Shown: positions 49,428 through 64,000, counted from the stretch's first letter. The stretch is DNA of 64,000 nt from Azolla caroliniana (GCA_043228905.1 JBHGNT010000021.1:5208001-5272000), one strand, 5' to 3'. Made by a program: numbers and translations. Notes: a model not told the origin generated them from the letters alone.

Positions 49428-52400
49428 AGATTTACGCTCAACATTAAATTACAAATGTCAGAGAACACAAACAGAAATTAGACTACACACTATTTATGTG
49501 GAAAATTCCCAAATCAGGGATAAAAACCACAGGCACTTTGGCCAACAAAATTTCACTATGAGTGGAGTGTACTGACCAAAATAGATTTCAGAGCTTACAG
49601 CTCTTTGTAACGAAGGTTCAACTATGAGAGTACAACAACAGTACGAATCTCACAACACAATGTATGAAAATGAGTAAATCTGATTCAGGATATGGTGTAC
49701 ACCAGGTCATTGTTTGAAACCTTGATTAGGGTTTCAGCCTTGTCCACCAAGAATCCCCAAGCAATGAGTTCCTCTATGGATAAGATTTTAGTAAGCATGT
49801 CTGATCCATTTTTGTCGGTAAGGATCTTAGCTAAGACAAACTCATTTTCTCTCCCTCGTAACCAATGATACCTTCTTTGAATATTCTTTGTACAAGAGTG
49901 ATAACTAGCATTCTTAGCAAGATGGATGGCACTTTGATGATCACAATGAAGTAGGAATTTTTCTTGCTACATTCCTAGTTCACTTAGAAAATCTCTCATC
50001 CAAATCAATTCTTTTCCCGCTTCCACTGTAGCCATATACTCAGCCTCTGTGGTCGACAAAGCCATAACCTTTTGCAATCTTGATTGCCATGACAAAGCTC
50101 CCCTTGAATAGGTCATCTTATACCCTAATGTGAATTGGATGGAATCTACATCACTTGACATACCAAAATCTGTGAAACCTTCGAGCATAGGTTTCTCGGA
50201 GCCATATTTAAGGCATAAACTTGAAGTACCTTTGAGATATCTGAGTATCGATTTTACGGTTGTCCAATGCTCCTTTCCAAGATTACTCATGTAGTGAATA
50301 ACTATCCCAACAACAAATGCAATATTCGGCCTCGTGCAGACCATATCATACATCAGGCTCCCAACAGCCGAGGCATACGATACCCTCCTCATCTCTACCT
50401 TATCTTTCTCAGTTTTCAGACATTGTCCTGAATTTAGCTTACAGTTCACCTGCAATGGAGATCCGACAGATTTTGCATTATACATGTTAAACCTTTGCAA
50501 AACTTCGTCACATATTTCCCTTGTGACAGCCATAGCATGTTTTTAGTCCTGTCCCGAACTATATGCATTCCCAAAATCTGTTTTGTCAGTCCTAAGTCCT
50601 TCATGGCAAAAGATTGGCTCAAAGCTTTCTTCAAGCTTGCAATCCTCTTAATATTCTGTCCAATAACTAACATATCATCCACATATAACAAGAGAATCTG
50701 AAAATCACCTTCATCGTACTGTTTCATAAATACACAATGATCAGCTTGTGTTTTGTGGAATCCATGTTCCAACATGAAGGACTCAAACATCTTATACCAT
50801 TGTCGAGGAGCTCATACAAGCTCTTCCTCAACCTACATACAAGATTCTCTTTTTTGCCCCCGCATGAAACTCTTTAAAGACCGACAACACTTGGTCTTTA
50901 GACTTCAACACAAAAACCCACAACTTTTTTATGAAGTCATCAATGAATGTCACAAAGTATTGTCCACCATGATGCAATGGAGCATCCACATAGCACACAT
51001 CTGTGTGGACCAATTCTAGGGCACATTCCCTTCTCATTGGAGGCTTAGAGTGAAAGGCAACTCTGTTTTGTTTTCCAGCCAAGCAATCCACACATTTCTC
51101 AAGATGTATGCCTTTCACTTATGGTAGGAGATCCTTTTTAGCAGGGATATGCATTCCCCTTTCGCTCATGTGGCCGAGCCTTTTATGCCACAACTCACCA
51201 TCTGAGCTGGTCACTACATTTGCTTCATCTCAACACAATCTTGCATGCATTACATACAATATGTTTTGTTTTTGTGCTTGAGCCACAATCAAACTTCCTT
51301 TGTTGAACTTCCCTGTACCATTGCGAAAGCTACCACTATAGCTTCATTGTTCAGCCGTCTAGTCAATATCAGATTCAGTCTTGCATGCGGGACGTGGCGA
51401 ACTTCCTTCAACATTAACCTATAGCCAGTAGATGTTAACAAGCACACATTTCCTATACCTACAAATCTTGCATTCACCGTCGTTCCCCATCCTTACATAA
51501 CCATAGTCACCGGTTGTGTAAGATGAGAAACATTCTCTTTTGGGAGTTACGTGAAATCATGCACCAGAATCAACTACCCAAGAGCACTCAACATTGGCAA
51601 GATTCACACTAGCTTGTTCACAAATGAATAACAACACTTCCTCACAGGTTGCAATGGCTGAAGTGTTCTTATCATTAGAATTTTTTCTAGGTTCAACATC
51701 ATTAGCGATGCCTTTGTCATGCTTAAGGCGTCGACAATTTCTTTGGAAATGACCCGGTTTCCCACAATATAAACGTGTGGGTCTTCCTCTAGACTTTGAC
51801 ATTGCATAAGACTTGTCTTTGTTTTCAGGACTCCTATGTTTACTTCTTCCTCTACCAAGGTTTTGTGCCACATTCGCTTCCGATTCATACAAGGCACTTT
51901 TATCCTTTCTTCTTGTTTCTTTATTTAGAATGCTTGTCTTTACTACTTGTAAAGACATGTTATCTTGTTTACATGAGGTTCTAAGTGATACTATTAGATT
52001 ATCCCAACTGTCTAGTAGAGTACATAGTAGTATGGCCTGCATAACATCATCTGATGGGAACTTCGCTGATGCTAACTGGTTTACTAGACCCATGAAAGTA
52101 CTAATGTGCACCACGATGCTATCACCATCTGTGTACTTTAACCTCACTATTTTCCTCATTAGGGAAGTCTTGTTTAGGGCATTTTTCCTTTCATACAGGA
52201 CAGAGAGTTTATGCCACAACTCGTAGGCATTTGTATCACTTGCGACATGTTGTAGGATGTTTATGTCTACACACAGCCTTATAGTTGCCACAACCTTTCT
52301 ATTTAGGATTTTCCACTAAGATTCTATTACCCTTGTGGGTATATATATCACTTTTTTCTATGGGTTCATACATATCTTTGACTATCAGAAGATCTTCCAG

Positions 52401-53096
52401 TTTGAGTAGTTGTGTGAGTTTAGGACAATCATTCCCGAAAAGCCACTCACACTCCCTTCCATCTAGAACCTAGCGCTCTGATACCAAATTGATAGGATTT
52501 ACACTTAGAGTTAAATCACAAATATCAAAGAACACAAATAGAAATTAGACTACACATGATTTATGTGGAAAAATCCCAAACCAGGGATAAAAACCACAGG
52601 CACTTTGGCCAACAAAATTTCACTATGAGTGGAGTGTACAGACCAAAATAGATTTCAGAGCTTACAACTCTCTGTAACGAAGGTTCAACTATGAGAGTAC
52701 AACAACAGTACGAATCTCACAACACAATGTATGAAAATGAGTAAATCTGATTCAGGATATGGTGTGCACCAGGTCGTTGTCTGAAGCCTTGATTAGGGTT
52801 TCAGCCTTGTCCACCAAGAACCCCCTTTTCTTTCTTGTCTTTACTATTTTCCCTCTGTCAAAACTTCTCTTGTTTTACAAGGAAGCCTGTTGGTATTTTT
52901 AATACAAAATATATTTGAGCAAGCTTGGAATTGTCTACCAATAGTAGAGGGACTTACTTAAAATGCACAAATGCCTTCATTGATTATTATGCAATTGATC
53001 TTAACATTGTTTTCAACAAAACATGAAAGCATGTATAGTCGCACTAAATGATATTCAAAAAACTCAACACATGATCTTGCACTCCATTTTCCAACA
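49428..53096 (-). mobile_element. Degenerate Copia (Tnt1-like) element: 5' LTR ~52490-53096, Met PBS 52475-52486, truncated 3' LTR ~49428-49754
   Basis: gag zinc knuckle CGKPGHFQRNC, protease WVVDSGA, INT LELVHTDVC, RT LLLYVDDML and RNase H ALSTTEAEY in Copia order. A ~320-bp direct repeat is present. Confidence 0.92.
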
Positions 53097-54612
53097 ATGC
53101 TAAGTTTTAGAATATTGTTGGTCATTTATTATTTGGTGATTGTTCTTAATGTACTTGCGTTTGATGATATTTGTTAATTACACCACACACAAGTTTACAA
53201 GAACAACACAATAAACACTTTAAACTAAATTAATCTTAACTATTAGAATGTCCACAACATCAAATTTAAACCATGGAATTAAACAAATAATGATGGACAA
53301 TAATTTGGTCAAATTGGGTGCTTCTCTTCCCCAAACTTCTGGTGGTAAATTATATTTGGAAAGAATCTATCCAATTATTAACATCCAACCAAACTGTTTT
53401 TGGGAGAATCCGCCCATCCACAAATTCTATTAAGCTTTCATTGATAAAGTCTGATATGAAGCCTCATTTTGCTGGGGTGATATCGACATATTTCTTGATA
53501 ACATGACTAGCCCTTTTAAAGGTTGATGGAAAGTTGAGCAAACATTTAGAAACGGTGAAATGGAAATATTGCTTTTAACCACTTGGAAAGATGAAGAGGT
53601 AAAGTGTCTAGCCCTTTAAGAGGCTGATGGAAAGTGAGCAAGCATTTAGGAAGAGTGAAATGGAGTCAATAAGTTTGCATCTTGAAATGTTAATGATCAT
53701 GACGCAAGAGATATTAGTAGGAACATAAAATAAAGAAGACTTAAAGGTTTGATTCACATGATGAAGATAAAGGGGTCATTCACCACACAAAGCTTATGTA
53801 GAGTAGAGTAGCCAAGTTCACATGTCGTGATGTAGAAGTAAATGACATGATTACTCATGGAGGGGATAGAAAGTTGTGAAAAGTCCACTCAGCGTTATGA
53901 CCATGCATTGATGCAACTTGATAAATTGCGTGGCACCATCATTCCATCACCTATTGATGTGACTGTTGCACGTGCTTCCATTGGTAACTTCGATCTTTCA
54001 CTTAATCCAATTGGCTGACATTCCATGGTGAATTGTTGCAGAAGAGGTTCAAATCAATAAGTGTTTCAGACTGCTCATAGCATGTTAACCGAAGAGACGA
54101 GATCCGTCGTCGATAAGAATGCATATATTCCCGTAAGTTGTTGCCGTGAAAGGTAAAAAAAAACCCACACAAAATTGGACCGAAAATTTGCAGAATAGAC
54201 AGACCATCATTGGTAGGCAACAACCAAAAGATCATGGATCATTTATACTAGCTTCGAGTGCAGATGCTATATACATTGGATGACTATAACAAATCCTAGG
54301 AAATAATGGTTTAGGGTTTCATCTTGAGAGTTTGATGAAGAAAGAAAAAGGTGAAGGGTGAAGGAAGGGTCCAAGAGAGTCTTAATTAGAACTCAGAAGA
54401 GAACCCCATGAGGTTGTGACAAATTACAAAAGTAGCCCTAGAGCCTCAAGGAATATCAAAACTAGCCTTTTTCCTCTGTTTCAGAGATATATGGCCTTTT
54501 GGAATCTTAGCTCTGAAACCCTAGTAATACCCCTACTCTGTATCCTCTTCTCTTCCCCTGTTTCTTCTCTTCTTCTTCTTCTTCTTCTTCTTCTTCTTCT
54601 CCATAACCCACC

Positions 54613-57600
54613 ATGACTGCAGGTTCTAGGGTTTTAGCTCCTTCTTCCTCCTCCTCCTCTGTTTCTATACCTTCCAATGCTCGTAAGGTCATCCATGACC
54701 TCAAAGAGATCATTAACAACACTAATATTAGCGATGAAGAGATCTATTCCGTTCTCAGAGACTGCAACATGGATCCTAACGAGACGGTGCAGAAGCTCCT
54801 TAACCAAGGTGTGCTATAAAATTTGTTGTTTTGACAGGTTTTTTTTTTAAATTTTTACTTGCTTGCCGGTATTTCTTTTTTTACGTCATAGAATTAGGGT
54901 TTTGTTTTTTGTTTCCATCTCAAGTCATAGATTTATGTTATAAACTCATACACAACCCTTCACATTTGCCAGCTTATTCTGTTTGGAATTGTCACTGGTC
55001 TCTATTTTCACGATCGCATCTCAAGTCATGGCTTCACAACACTATGAACAATCTTTTCACAAAATTAAGAGTTTTGTTTTCTAGTTGGATTTGTTGTTCT
55101 CCATTTTCTTAGAATGATGATTTTGTTTCTAAGGCCGAGGATTGAAATTGCATACAATTAGGGTTTTTTGTCGTCTCAAGTGTAGTTTCTCTAATATAGT
55201 TTTCCCGTGTTCGAAAGTCTTGCTCCTTATTGCAAGAGCTTGTCATTTTTCTTTGCTTCATCTAAATACATAGACTTTATAACCTCATAAATTCGACTTA
55301 ATTTTTGACTGATGTTTTTACATATAGTTCTTACTAAATATAGGCCTTTCAGTTTTAATGTTTACATAGTAATCGTTCTCTATTCCTAAGAGTTAAGAGT
55401 TCTGTATCTTTAGTAGTATTAGGATTAGGCGTTTACAGCATCTCAAGTTACATCTTTACATGGTATAGTTACGTTTTTGTTATTTGTCATTTTCTCTTCC
55501 TTAGTAGTTCTTAGAATCGTTTTTTTGTCTAAAGGAATGGATTAGGTTTTATTTCATCTGAAGTAATGCCTCTATTCATGATTGGATTTTGTATTATTTT
55601 TTGATAGATACATTTCATGAGGTCAAACGAAAGCGAGACAAGAAGAAAGAGGTGAGTTTCCATGCAAAATGCCTCCTAATTGTGTACATCCTCTTACATG
55701 CATGCACATGATATAAAATAGATTCACCACTCGTCATTGTCATGAAATGCAGTTGTATGGTGGAAAGTGAACATCAATTTAATGATAACTTCTGTTTTAT
55801 GTAGGATTAAGTTTTATCATATACACTGAAAGTGAAACGTCAGAGTAGGGTTTAAGGGTTTTGCATAAAACGCTAAACTTTTAGCCTAGGTTTAGGGTTT
55901 AGGAAGGAAGACTGAGCATCGATATAATGCTTAGGGTTTAGGTGTAATGGGACACAATAACATTTATAAACATATTGTTTAGGCAAGAAAAACAGTACTT
56001 TTAACAGTCTATCTGTATCATTGTTTTTTTCAGAATGCAAGCAAGGAAGCTACTGAAGTAAGAAGTAGAGCTCTAGGCAGTGCCTCTTCTTTGAGAGGTG
56101 GAAGACCTCGTGGTCGTGGAAATTACCTACCTCGTGGTAATTGAAAGAGTTCTTTTCTGTTAACTGCAAGATTATATAGATTATATTTAGTCATTTTTAT
56201 GAAGTTCAATTCTGCATTGTAGATTATAATAGCAATGGTCGAGGGCAATCACTTGGTAAGCAAAATAACAGTCTTCAACAGAATGGGAGATTAGAAGAGA
56301 TGCAAGAACAAACTAAGGCTAGTTCTTCCAGTATAAGGTTTGATCCTTTAGACTATATTGGTTAGTTGAAAACTTTGGAACACCCCCGAGTTTTTCTGTA
56401 TTTCACTAAATACCCTTAATTTTTTGTTATTTCCCTAAATACATTTAGTCAATCCCCTTTCACTCAGTTTTTTTGGTTGACTAGGGCATTTGGGAAAATA
56501 GTTAACACTTGGGGAATTTGAAGAAAAAAAGAAAAACTCGGGTATTTCATAGTTTTTCCCACTTGCTTTTTGGAATCCAATAGTCTAGTGACATCCAACC
56601 TAAATCCAAGATTTTTTTCTTCCTTGATTTTTAGTAGTGGGTATGGACTTGGAGCTACGCCAACCTCTCATATATATGTACCAAATGGAACCCCCAATAA
56701 CATGACTGTACAGGGAACTAGGGGTGGTTGGGGTGTTGCTGCAGGTCAAGCTACAATGGCTGAAATTTTGAAATCTCGGAATGCTTCACATGGAAACGCC
56801 AACGCTTCCATTGCATCAAAGCTTGTAGCTCAGCAGCCTCTTGACCCACCTGATGAGGATACCTTGCCATCCTCAGTATATAATGGGGCAGAGTCTTATG
56901 TTGACTCTGGATCAGGGGGCGGAAGCTTACATTCAGATGAGTCAAGTTCTTTCCAAGAGCATTTGGAAAAGTCTTCTGACATCCATCACTCGACCACCTA
57001 TGACCATGTTGACAGGTTACCACCCTTTTTAGCCAATGTCAAGTCAGTAAATTCTGATATTCATCCTCCTGTAAAAGGTCCTGTTCCCCGTGAGCATACA
57101 TCATCGTTGGAAACCAGCACGCAAGTTGAAGCATCATCTTTACAACCAACACCTGAGTCAGATGATCTATCTCAACAAAGCTCGTCTGCTGTAGGTAGCC
57201 AGTGCAATAGGAGGGCCTTGAATGTGACTGAGAGTGAAAAAGGTGCGTTTCACTCTTGATGAAGAATTTGCCCACTTATCTGTAAAAGTGATGCAATATC
57301 ATCGTGATTTTTCTTGTAGGTGCTGGATTGGATTGGAGACCAAAATCCCCTGCTACATCAGGCCATAGTATCATGGAGGCAGTAACGAGTTCCACCTCAA
57401 AGTTGAACTTACAAGAGGATCAGCCAGTAACCATTCCAGATCATTTGCAGGTTCCTGAGGCAGGAAGGATATTTCCAACTTTTGGGAGCTTTGGTGAGGA
57501 TTATGACAGTAATGTGAATTCTGCTGATGAGCATGAAGATGATAAGAAAAGTGGGCTATCTGCTGAAGGCAATTTGCCTGATGAAGCAGATCCTCTTGAG

Positions 57601-60181
57601 CAATCAAATCCTACTAGGTTAGCTTTGCTTTTATGGATTTTCTTGAATCACTATGTCGTTTTGTTATGTGCTGTGACAAAATTTCGTTTTTTATGCAGTT
57701 TGAAGCCTTCTGCATGTATGAATGATGACCACAAGAACCAGTCATTGACTTATGTGGATACTTTAGTTGCTAGAGAAGATGCCAAATTAAATATGGGCGC
57801 ATCTGTAAATATACCCATTCCACAAACAGAGGTAACAAAGACAGAGACAGCTGTACAGAAAACTAGCCAACATAGCATTCCATCAGGAGTGCATAACTAT
57901 TCTGGACCTACTCCAATACCCCAGATTGTGAGTAGAAAATCTACATATGAACAATTAAATATCATATTTATGAGGGTTCAATGTGTACCAGCCGTTATGT
58001 TATGCTATTATAGGGTCCTTTGTTGTACTTGCTGGTTTTTTGTTGGGTATTGTGCTAAGTTAAAGCTTTTGAGTGTGAAGATCTATTTCGAAGCCTCCAA
58101 AAGGATTTTAGTGTTCAACCATATTTTGATTCTTCATGGATAGTAGAGATTTACATGTGTTAATACTTTCCACCTATAAAAGCCTTGTAATTCATTAATT
58201 TATTATGAAATGGACACCATAGAGATAATCAACCCTGATTGCTCCTCATATCCTAGATGAATATATCTATTAAGTGTTGGTTAAGTATAAGGGATACCAA
58301 CTTTGGCTAGTTCGGAGTTTTCTTAACATCACCAACTGGGGATATGGTGCAGTCTTATGTAGATCCGAGTACAAATGTGAACTATTTCAATCCTGCCTTT
58401 CGTCCCAATACTGAGGTTGATGCACGTTATGTGCAATTTGTATCTGCAACCTCTGCCAACAAATTGGCCCCTGCGGTGGTTGGTCAGGCTCCGTCACATG
58501 AGGTGAGTATTTATTGTTACTGAGATGTTACGTTCTTTTTCAACTAGTAAGCTGTGATCAATACCTAAAAGAAATCAATGCTGAAAGAAATAAGTCTTTG
58601 AATTAATATTTAACATCCCTGTCCGACTGCCTTGGTCTGGGTTTCAAAATTGTAATAGGTTTCCATTTAACAAAGTTAATTTTCTAATTTTTCCCTTAAA
58701 AATTTATATTAGAAGTCGGAATTTGGGGTCTCTAAATGCTTGTGTACTTGTTGTTTCAAGAAGAGTGGGAGCTCGATTGCACTTCCCATAGCAGCCCCTA
58801 CGGCACCACCATCCACGATTCCTCAGCAGCACATTGGACCAATTCATGCATATCCAGCACAGCATGCAGGTGTTCCTATGACTCCATTTGGAGCTAATGT
58901 CTTTGGAATTCATTATGTGCCACCAAACTATGGATATATGCACTCGCCCTATCAACACAACTATGCTGGAAATACAAACTATCCACAAGCTCCTGGTAGT
59001 AACTATGCACATGGGAGTAATTATGTGCCAACTGTTGGAGCTGCCTTTGCTTCAGCCAATGCAGGGCCAATGAAATATGCATTGCCTCAGTACAAACCAC
59101 CAGGAGCATCAGCTAGCACTGTTTCGCATTCTACAGGCTATGGCAGCAATTTTGGTGGATCGCCTTCTGGATTTACTACTATTAACTCGGCTGTAACTTC
59201 AACAACTCCCTCTGGCTACGGCGATGTAAATGGACCGCAAAACAAGGAGAGTAATCTCTACATTCCTAGACTGCAGGTTCGGAAAAACAGCATTAGAACT
59301 GTCCATCATTATTACCATGTCCATAACCATGTAGTAATTATGCATTAAGTGTTAAAGTAATTCGAAAGGCCCACTGTTTGCTTGTTTGGCAAGATATGTT
59401 TGTGGAGCAAATTGATAGGCTTAATCAGCAAATATCTGTCCTTGGTCAGTGTCAGTCCTGTGCAGACCATAGCTGTGTAAACTATACATGGGCGGACTTT
59501 TGCTAAATGTGCTTGTCTAAGTGATGCAGGAATTAAACAAAGGTCAGAAGTAGGCATAGTTAGCAAATGAATTAGACCTTTGCTATCGTAATCTGAGGCC
59601 CTGACCTCTGCCCTCCCTAATCATAGGCATCCAGACTATGGGTGGATGTTAGAAGTCAAAGATAGACACAATTAGGAAGCGGGTGATCTTTGGGCATTCT
59701 ACATTATATGTTTCAGGGTATGGTCAAAAGTTGCCTGGTCCTGAGCGGGGCTATACATGTGCCCATAATGTGATTGCATAGTAACACCTGGACATATGGT
59801 TACGTGTATACGCTTGATGCTATGTTTTTGTTGTCATCTTATCTCATATGCTTATGTCATTATTGACAGCATGCTGAGGGGTCTGGAGTCTGGATCCAGA
59901 ATACACCTGCTAGAGAAATAACGCCAATACAAACTAATTCCTACTACAACCTAATAGGTCAAGGCCAGCATACAAGCTTTTCTCATGCACAAACAATGCA
60001 TGGAGTTCCAGCCGCAGCAACATATGCAAACTTGTATCATCAATCTCCGTCGGGCTCTGCCCCTGCAGCTCATCAAATGCTTTCTCATCCACAAGTATTG
60101 AGTGGTGTTGTAGGGACCCAGACTGGAACTTTTCAACCGCAACAGCATCGGGTACAACCGAACTGGCCACAAAACTACTAA
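54613..60181 (+). CDS. GBF-interacting protein 1-like (DUF1296, N-terminal UBA-like domain), multi-exon
   Basis: IP..ARKVIHDLKEI..SDEEIYSVLRDCNMDPNETVQKLLNQ|DTFHEVKRKRDKKKE, VTIPDHLQV, TFGSF and a Pro/Tyr/Gln-rich C-terminus. Confidence 0.9.
56365..56560. mobile_element. Possible MITE in a GIP1-like intron
   Basis: Inverted motifs CCCGAGTTTTTC / GAAAAACTCGGG about 150 bp apart. A similar sequence may lie at ~46217-46335. Confidence 0.4.
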
Positions 60182-62414
60182 CAACTGGTAAGAGCCCATC
60201 GCAGATTTTGTTTTGGTGTATAAGTGATCGGTTCTGTATATGGATCATTTTGCTTTCTTTTTTTCCAAATGTCAGGGGAACACAAGGGTAGAGACAAAAG
60301 AGTGTACATAATAAGATTGAGAAATTTGTTCGCATCCGGAGGGTTAGCTACTTAACTAGCTTGGGCAGTTTTTGCTTGTATACCGAGTTTTTTAATGATA
60401 AAGCCATGGAAGAGCTGGTTCTTCGAGTTCTTGAAGATTTGAAGATATTCTAGATGAATAAGGCCCAGTTGTGGATTTTTTTTCTTGGTCCCGGTGCAAA
60501 GCGAGAAGCGCATGTATTGTAGGTTTACATTATTGAGTTTGTTTATCTAGTATATCATGTTGGTTTTGTTTATTTGGTATGGCATATTCAATGGAAAATG
60601 TGAGTAGTAATAGGTATTCTCAACACTTTGTTACAGCAGTAGTTCTTGCATTATGTTGCGATGTCTTTGGAAAAGCACAATCTCTTTGATAAAAAGAGTT
60701 CAGTTCGGGGCTAAAATGATTTACTTTCCCCTATCTGAGAAAATTGAGACTTGGAATTTGATTGTACAATCTGCTCCTTTGTGTCGCTGTCATGATTACA
60801 GATCATGGGTACGTGTGTTAAGCATAAATGGGTTATTGAAATCAGGATTATGATGGAGATGGTCATAGCAGGATGAGCTATGTAGCAGAACAGAGTTGAA
60901 CATTTTGCAGTAAAAATTCTTTTGTTATCATTAGAGGTTTGATCTATTTTTCAGCATGAAATAGTAGAATTCTAATGTTGAGCAAGATGGGATAAATGGA
61001 AGAATGATGCACGTTGTATCTATTGTGGCATGACAGTGATCAATTTGAATTTGTGTTATCTATGGCATATGTTGAAAGAAAGTCCACTCATTAGGGCAGC
61101 ATGTATTGATGAAACCTGTCCCAACATGTGAATCTTTTAATGAGGGTCCAACACGTTTATGCATGTGTATGAAAGTTTATGCATTCGGAGAACTGGCTTG
61201 TCATCATATTTCAGTTGCTAGTCTAATAAATAAGGTTATTACAAATTGTGTTCTCAAAATGTTCAGAATTTACAAATATAATAGTTTCTTGATTGTCTTC
61301 CCAGCGATAATTATGAAATATATACCTTGTGTTCTTTGAAATGGCACATTTGTATTATGCGAGTTGAAACCCTCAGCTTGACTGGTCGACTCAATAATTT
61401 ATGCAAAATGAGCTACCAACATTAAGAAAGGTATACAAGTCTGAGATATAAAGAGAGTAGACAAAAATGATATGTATGATTGCATTGTTTTATGTAGAGC
61501 GTGTAATGCGGTGTCAAAGTTTGAAGGACTAGTTCATGGATAAGAATCATTCATAACATTTTCCCTTGTCATAAAACCTCCTCAGGGTAGCTATAATTTA
61601 TTTTGCATGGATCTCATAATTCAATTTGACACATAAGTGAAAAGTACCATGTACATGCAGGTCTTAAAATTTCACATCGTAAAGAACTTCCATTCACATC
61701 CAAATGAAAAAGTTATGACCAAACACAGTCCATAAGTTTCTTTGTTATTCAGTAAACATAAAGAAACTTTAATATTGTTAATCGAATACATAATATGCAT
61801 TGTCATTAAAATAAGAGGAATACCAAATTTTCATAAATGATCCTTAACTTGTATGGACACTAACTTGCATGAGTTGAAGTCGTTATCTACAATTGTATAA
61901 ATCAAAACGTGCATGTTGGAACAAAAGCCATTGAAGACCTAAGACAATAAAGGCATCATCCAAGGTATATTATCTATCATTATATTTTGTTCACAAATTC
62001 ATTTCTTTCAAATTTTGGGCAAAGTCGAACTTCTTTACAACTTTCAGCAATGTATCTCTAAAAAAGTAGAAAAAAACATGGATAAATTTGGCATATTGCA
62101 CATTGAACGAACCTAATCTCATTATTTTGTAGTTTTGGAGGAACAATCCAAATTACATTGACTTTATTTAGAAATTCTAATTTGTGGCGCTTATGAGGTC
62201 AATTATTTTATAGTTCCAATTTCCACCTCATAGCTTGTATAGATTAGTTGTTGGAAATTGAATCAAGAAGAGCAAATTAAGTGTTAAATTTGTTATTAAT
62301 AAAAAATGCAAACATTAGATACAACTTGTAGTTTGTGTTGAAGCATTGACTTCACATAAACAAGCATAAATTATGCATCAAAGCTTAACATCTTAACGTT
62401 GAGGGCCAAATTGG

Positions 62415-62656
62415 CCACATTTGTTGTTGCAATATCACTATATTGGTTGTGTCTACTAGCAATTGATCTCCCCACAAATGTTGGAATCTAATGTTAGGAG
62501 CATTAACATATAAGCTTAGGGAGTTAAAGGTGGTTGACCGAGCCATAACCACATTTGTTGTTGCAACTTGCAATATCACTATATCGGTTATGTCTACTAG
62601 CAATTGATCTCCCCACAAGTGATGGAATCAAATGTTAGGAGCATTAACATATAACC
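62415..62656 (+). repeat. Direct duplication of ~100 bp with a 134-bp period
   Basis: CCACATTTGTTGTTGCAA...GGAGCATTAACATATAA occurs twice. Confidence 0.85.
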
Positions 62657-62774
62657 TCTTGGACGACCACATCATGATGTGCATAAGTATATAAAGGGCT
62701 AGGTGCCCTCGTGCGAGCTTCATCATTCACTATGCTCTGACTTATGTAATTCGTTTCCATGCCCAAATGTTCAT

Positions 62775-62878
62775 GCATGACCATATAATATCCAATGGTA
62801 AGATTGTACCGTAGTATTCTATCCACATGTATAGAATGCTACGGTACAATCTTACCACTAGATATTATATGGTCATGC
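62775..62878. repeat. Near-perfect 48-bp-arm hairpin/palindrome
   Basis: Arms 62775-62822 and 62831-62878 differ at 3 positions; 8-nt loop. Confidence 0.9.
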
Positions 62879-63432
62879 CTGTAACACCAAAGCATGAGCA
62901 TGGGGTTCATAATTATAACATGGTACATTTAAGTATTCTTTACATGCTCGATGATCACAAAGTTGCGGGTAATTGATTGGGTGGAGAGCCCATATGCCGA
63001 TTCCTTGTAGTTTAATTAATTAGGACGAAAACTTGTTGGATTGTTGAGAACAACAACTAAATTATTCGAGCACGGGTTGTTATTACGAATCCACATCAAA
63101 CATCAAATTATTGTCCTTTTGGGATTTGTTCCCACCAAGGTATTTTTTAGGTATTATCTATGTAGAACTTACTTACAATCCATTTACCTTTCCATCGACC
63201 ATCGAGATCCTAAGTTTCCAAGTGAACATATCCCTAGCCATTATTCGCCAGGGCCTTCACTTTTCGGAGAATCTTGTTCCCATAGAGCTTGTAGCTTGGG
63301 GGACGACCACAAAGGGAACCCTATTGGGATACTCCGAATTTGAGTGTATTGGATAGTTATAGTAGCCCGTAGGCGCAAGATGTAGCTCATGGGGCGGTCT
63401 CCTGGACACAGTATTTTCATGCATAAGTATAA

Positions 63433-63930
63433 ACACAAATGTGTTAGTGGATATTATAGTTAGGAGGCATGAATGTTCTCACATTAGCAAGCCATCTAAA
63501 TATATGTTGACACAAGTACGAACACAAATGTGGTGATGGATACTATAGTTAGGAGGCATAAATGCTTTCACATTAGCAAAGCCATCTAGATGCGCCCTGT
63601 GTACATAAACAACATGGAAGGCATGAACGTTCTCACATTAGCAAGCCATCTAAATCCACGTTGACACAAGTACGATCACAAATGTGGTGATGGATACTAT
63701 AGTTAGGAGGCATGAATGCTTTCACATTAGCAAGCCATCTAACCTCGTCCCGTGTATAGAGACAACATGGAAGGCACGAATGTTCTCACATTAGCAAGCC
63801 ATCTAAATCCACGTTGACATAGGTACGAACACAAATGTGGTGATGGATACTACAGTTAGGAGGCATGAATGCTTTCACATTAGCAAGCCATCTAGCCACG
63901 TTGCGTGTACAAAGACAACGCAGGAGGTTG
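63433..63930 (+). repeat. Dimeric tandem repeat with a ~154-bp higher-order period
   Basis: Core AGGCATGAATG..CACATTAGCAAGCCATCTA occurs 6 times with alternating ~89/~65-bp spacing. Confidence 0.9.
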
Positions 63931-64000
63931 CTCGATATAGAGAGGTGCGTTGTGCTAGTTCCATATCCATAGTATTTATGTACAGGGTGGTATCCCCCCT

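Noticed and set aside
53507-53665. Diverged ~60-bp direct duplication
   Set aside because: An old local duplication with no TIR, TSD or coding signal.
63433-63930. CRISPR-like repeat/spacer appearance
   Set aside because: The spacers recur alternately rather than being unique, there are no cas genes, and the context is eukaryotic.

Overview
Eukaryotic land-plant nuclear DNA, not prokaryotic. It has spliceosomal introns, (CT)n/(AAG)n microsatellites and single-exon PLS-class PPR genes; a fern or other non-seed plant is my inference. Bases 1-15.7 kb are a nest of decayed LTR retrotransposons up to seven levels deep: an old chromovirus-type Gypsy > Copia > Gypsy A > Gypsy B > Gypsy C > gag-only element D > solo LTR E, plus solo LTR F inside A. 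From 17 to 60 kb lie seven genes: GH17-X8 beta-1,3-glucanase, P-type PPR (At5g39980/PDM3-like), two convergent PLS-E PPRs, CTF4/WDHD1, zf-4CXXC_R1(CDCA7)-DDT and GIP1-like (DUF1296). Two deleted Copia elements, MITEs and tandem repeats are interspersed. Most notable: (1) LTRs of Gypsy B and F carry a tRNA-derived A-box/B-box/T-arm module at a homologous position, recalling the 5S module of Cassandra; (2) every scorable insertion of this Gypsy group has a CG-centred 4-mer at the junction, seen as a 4-bp TSD where both ends are visible; (3) element D is a tRNA-Trp-primed, pol-less element with gag followed by a long disordered extension. Exon and repeat boundaries were read by eye and may be off by a few bases.
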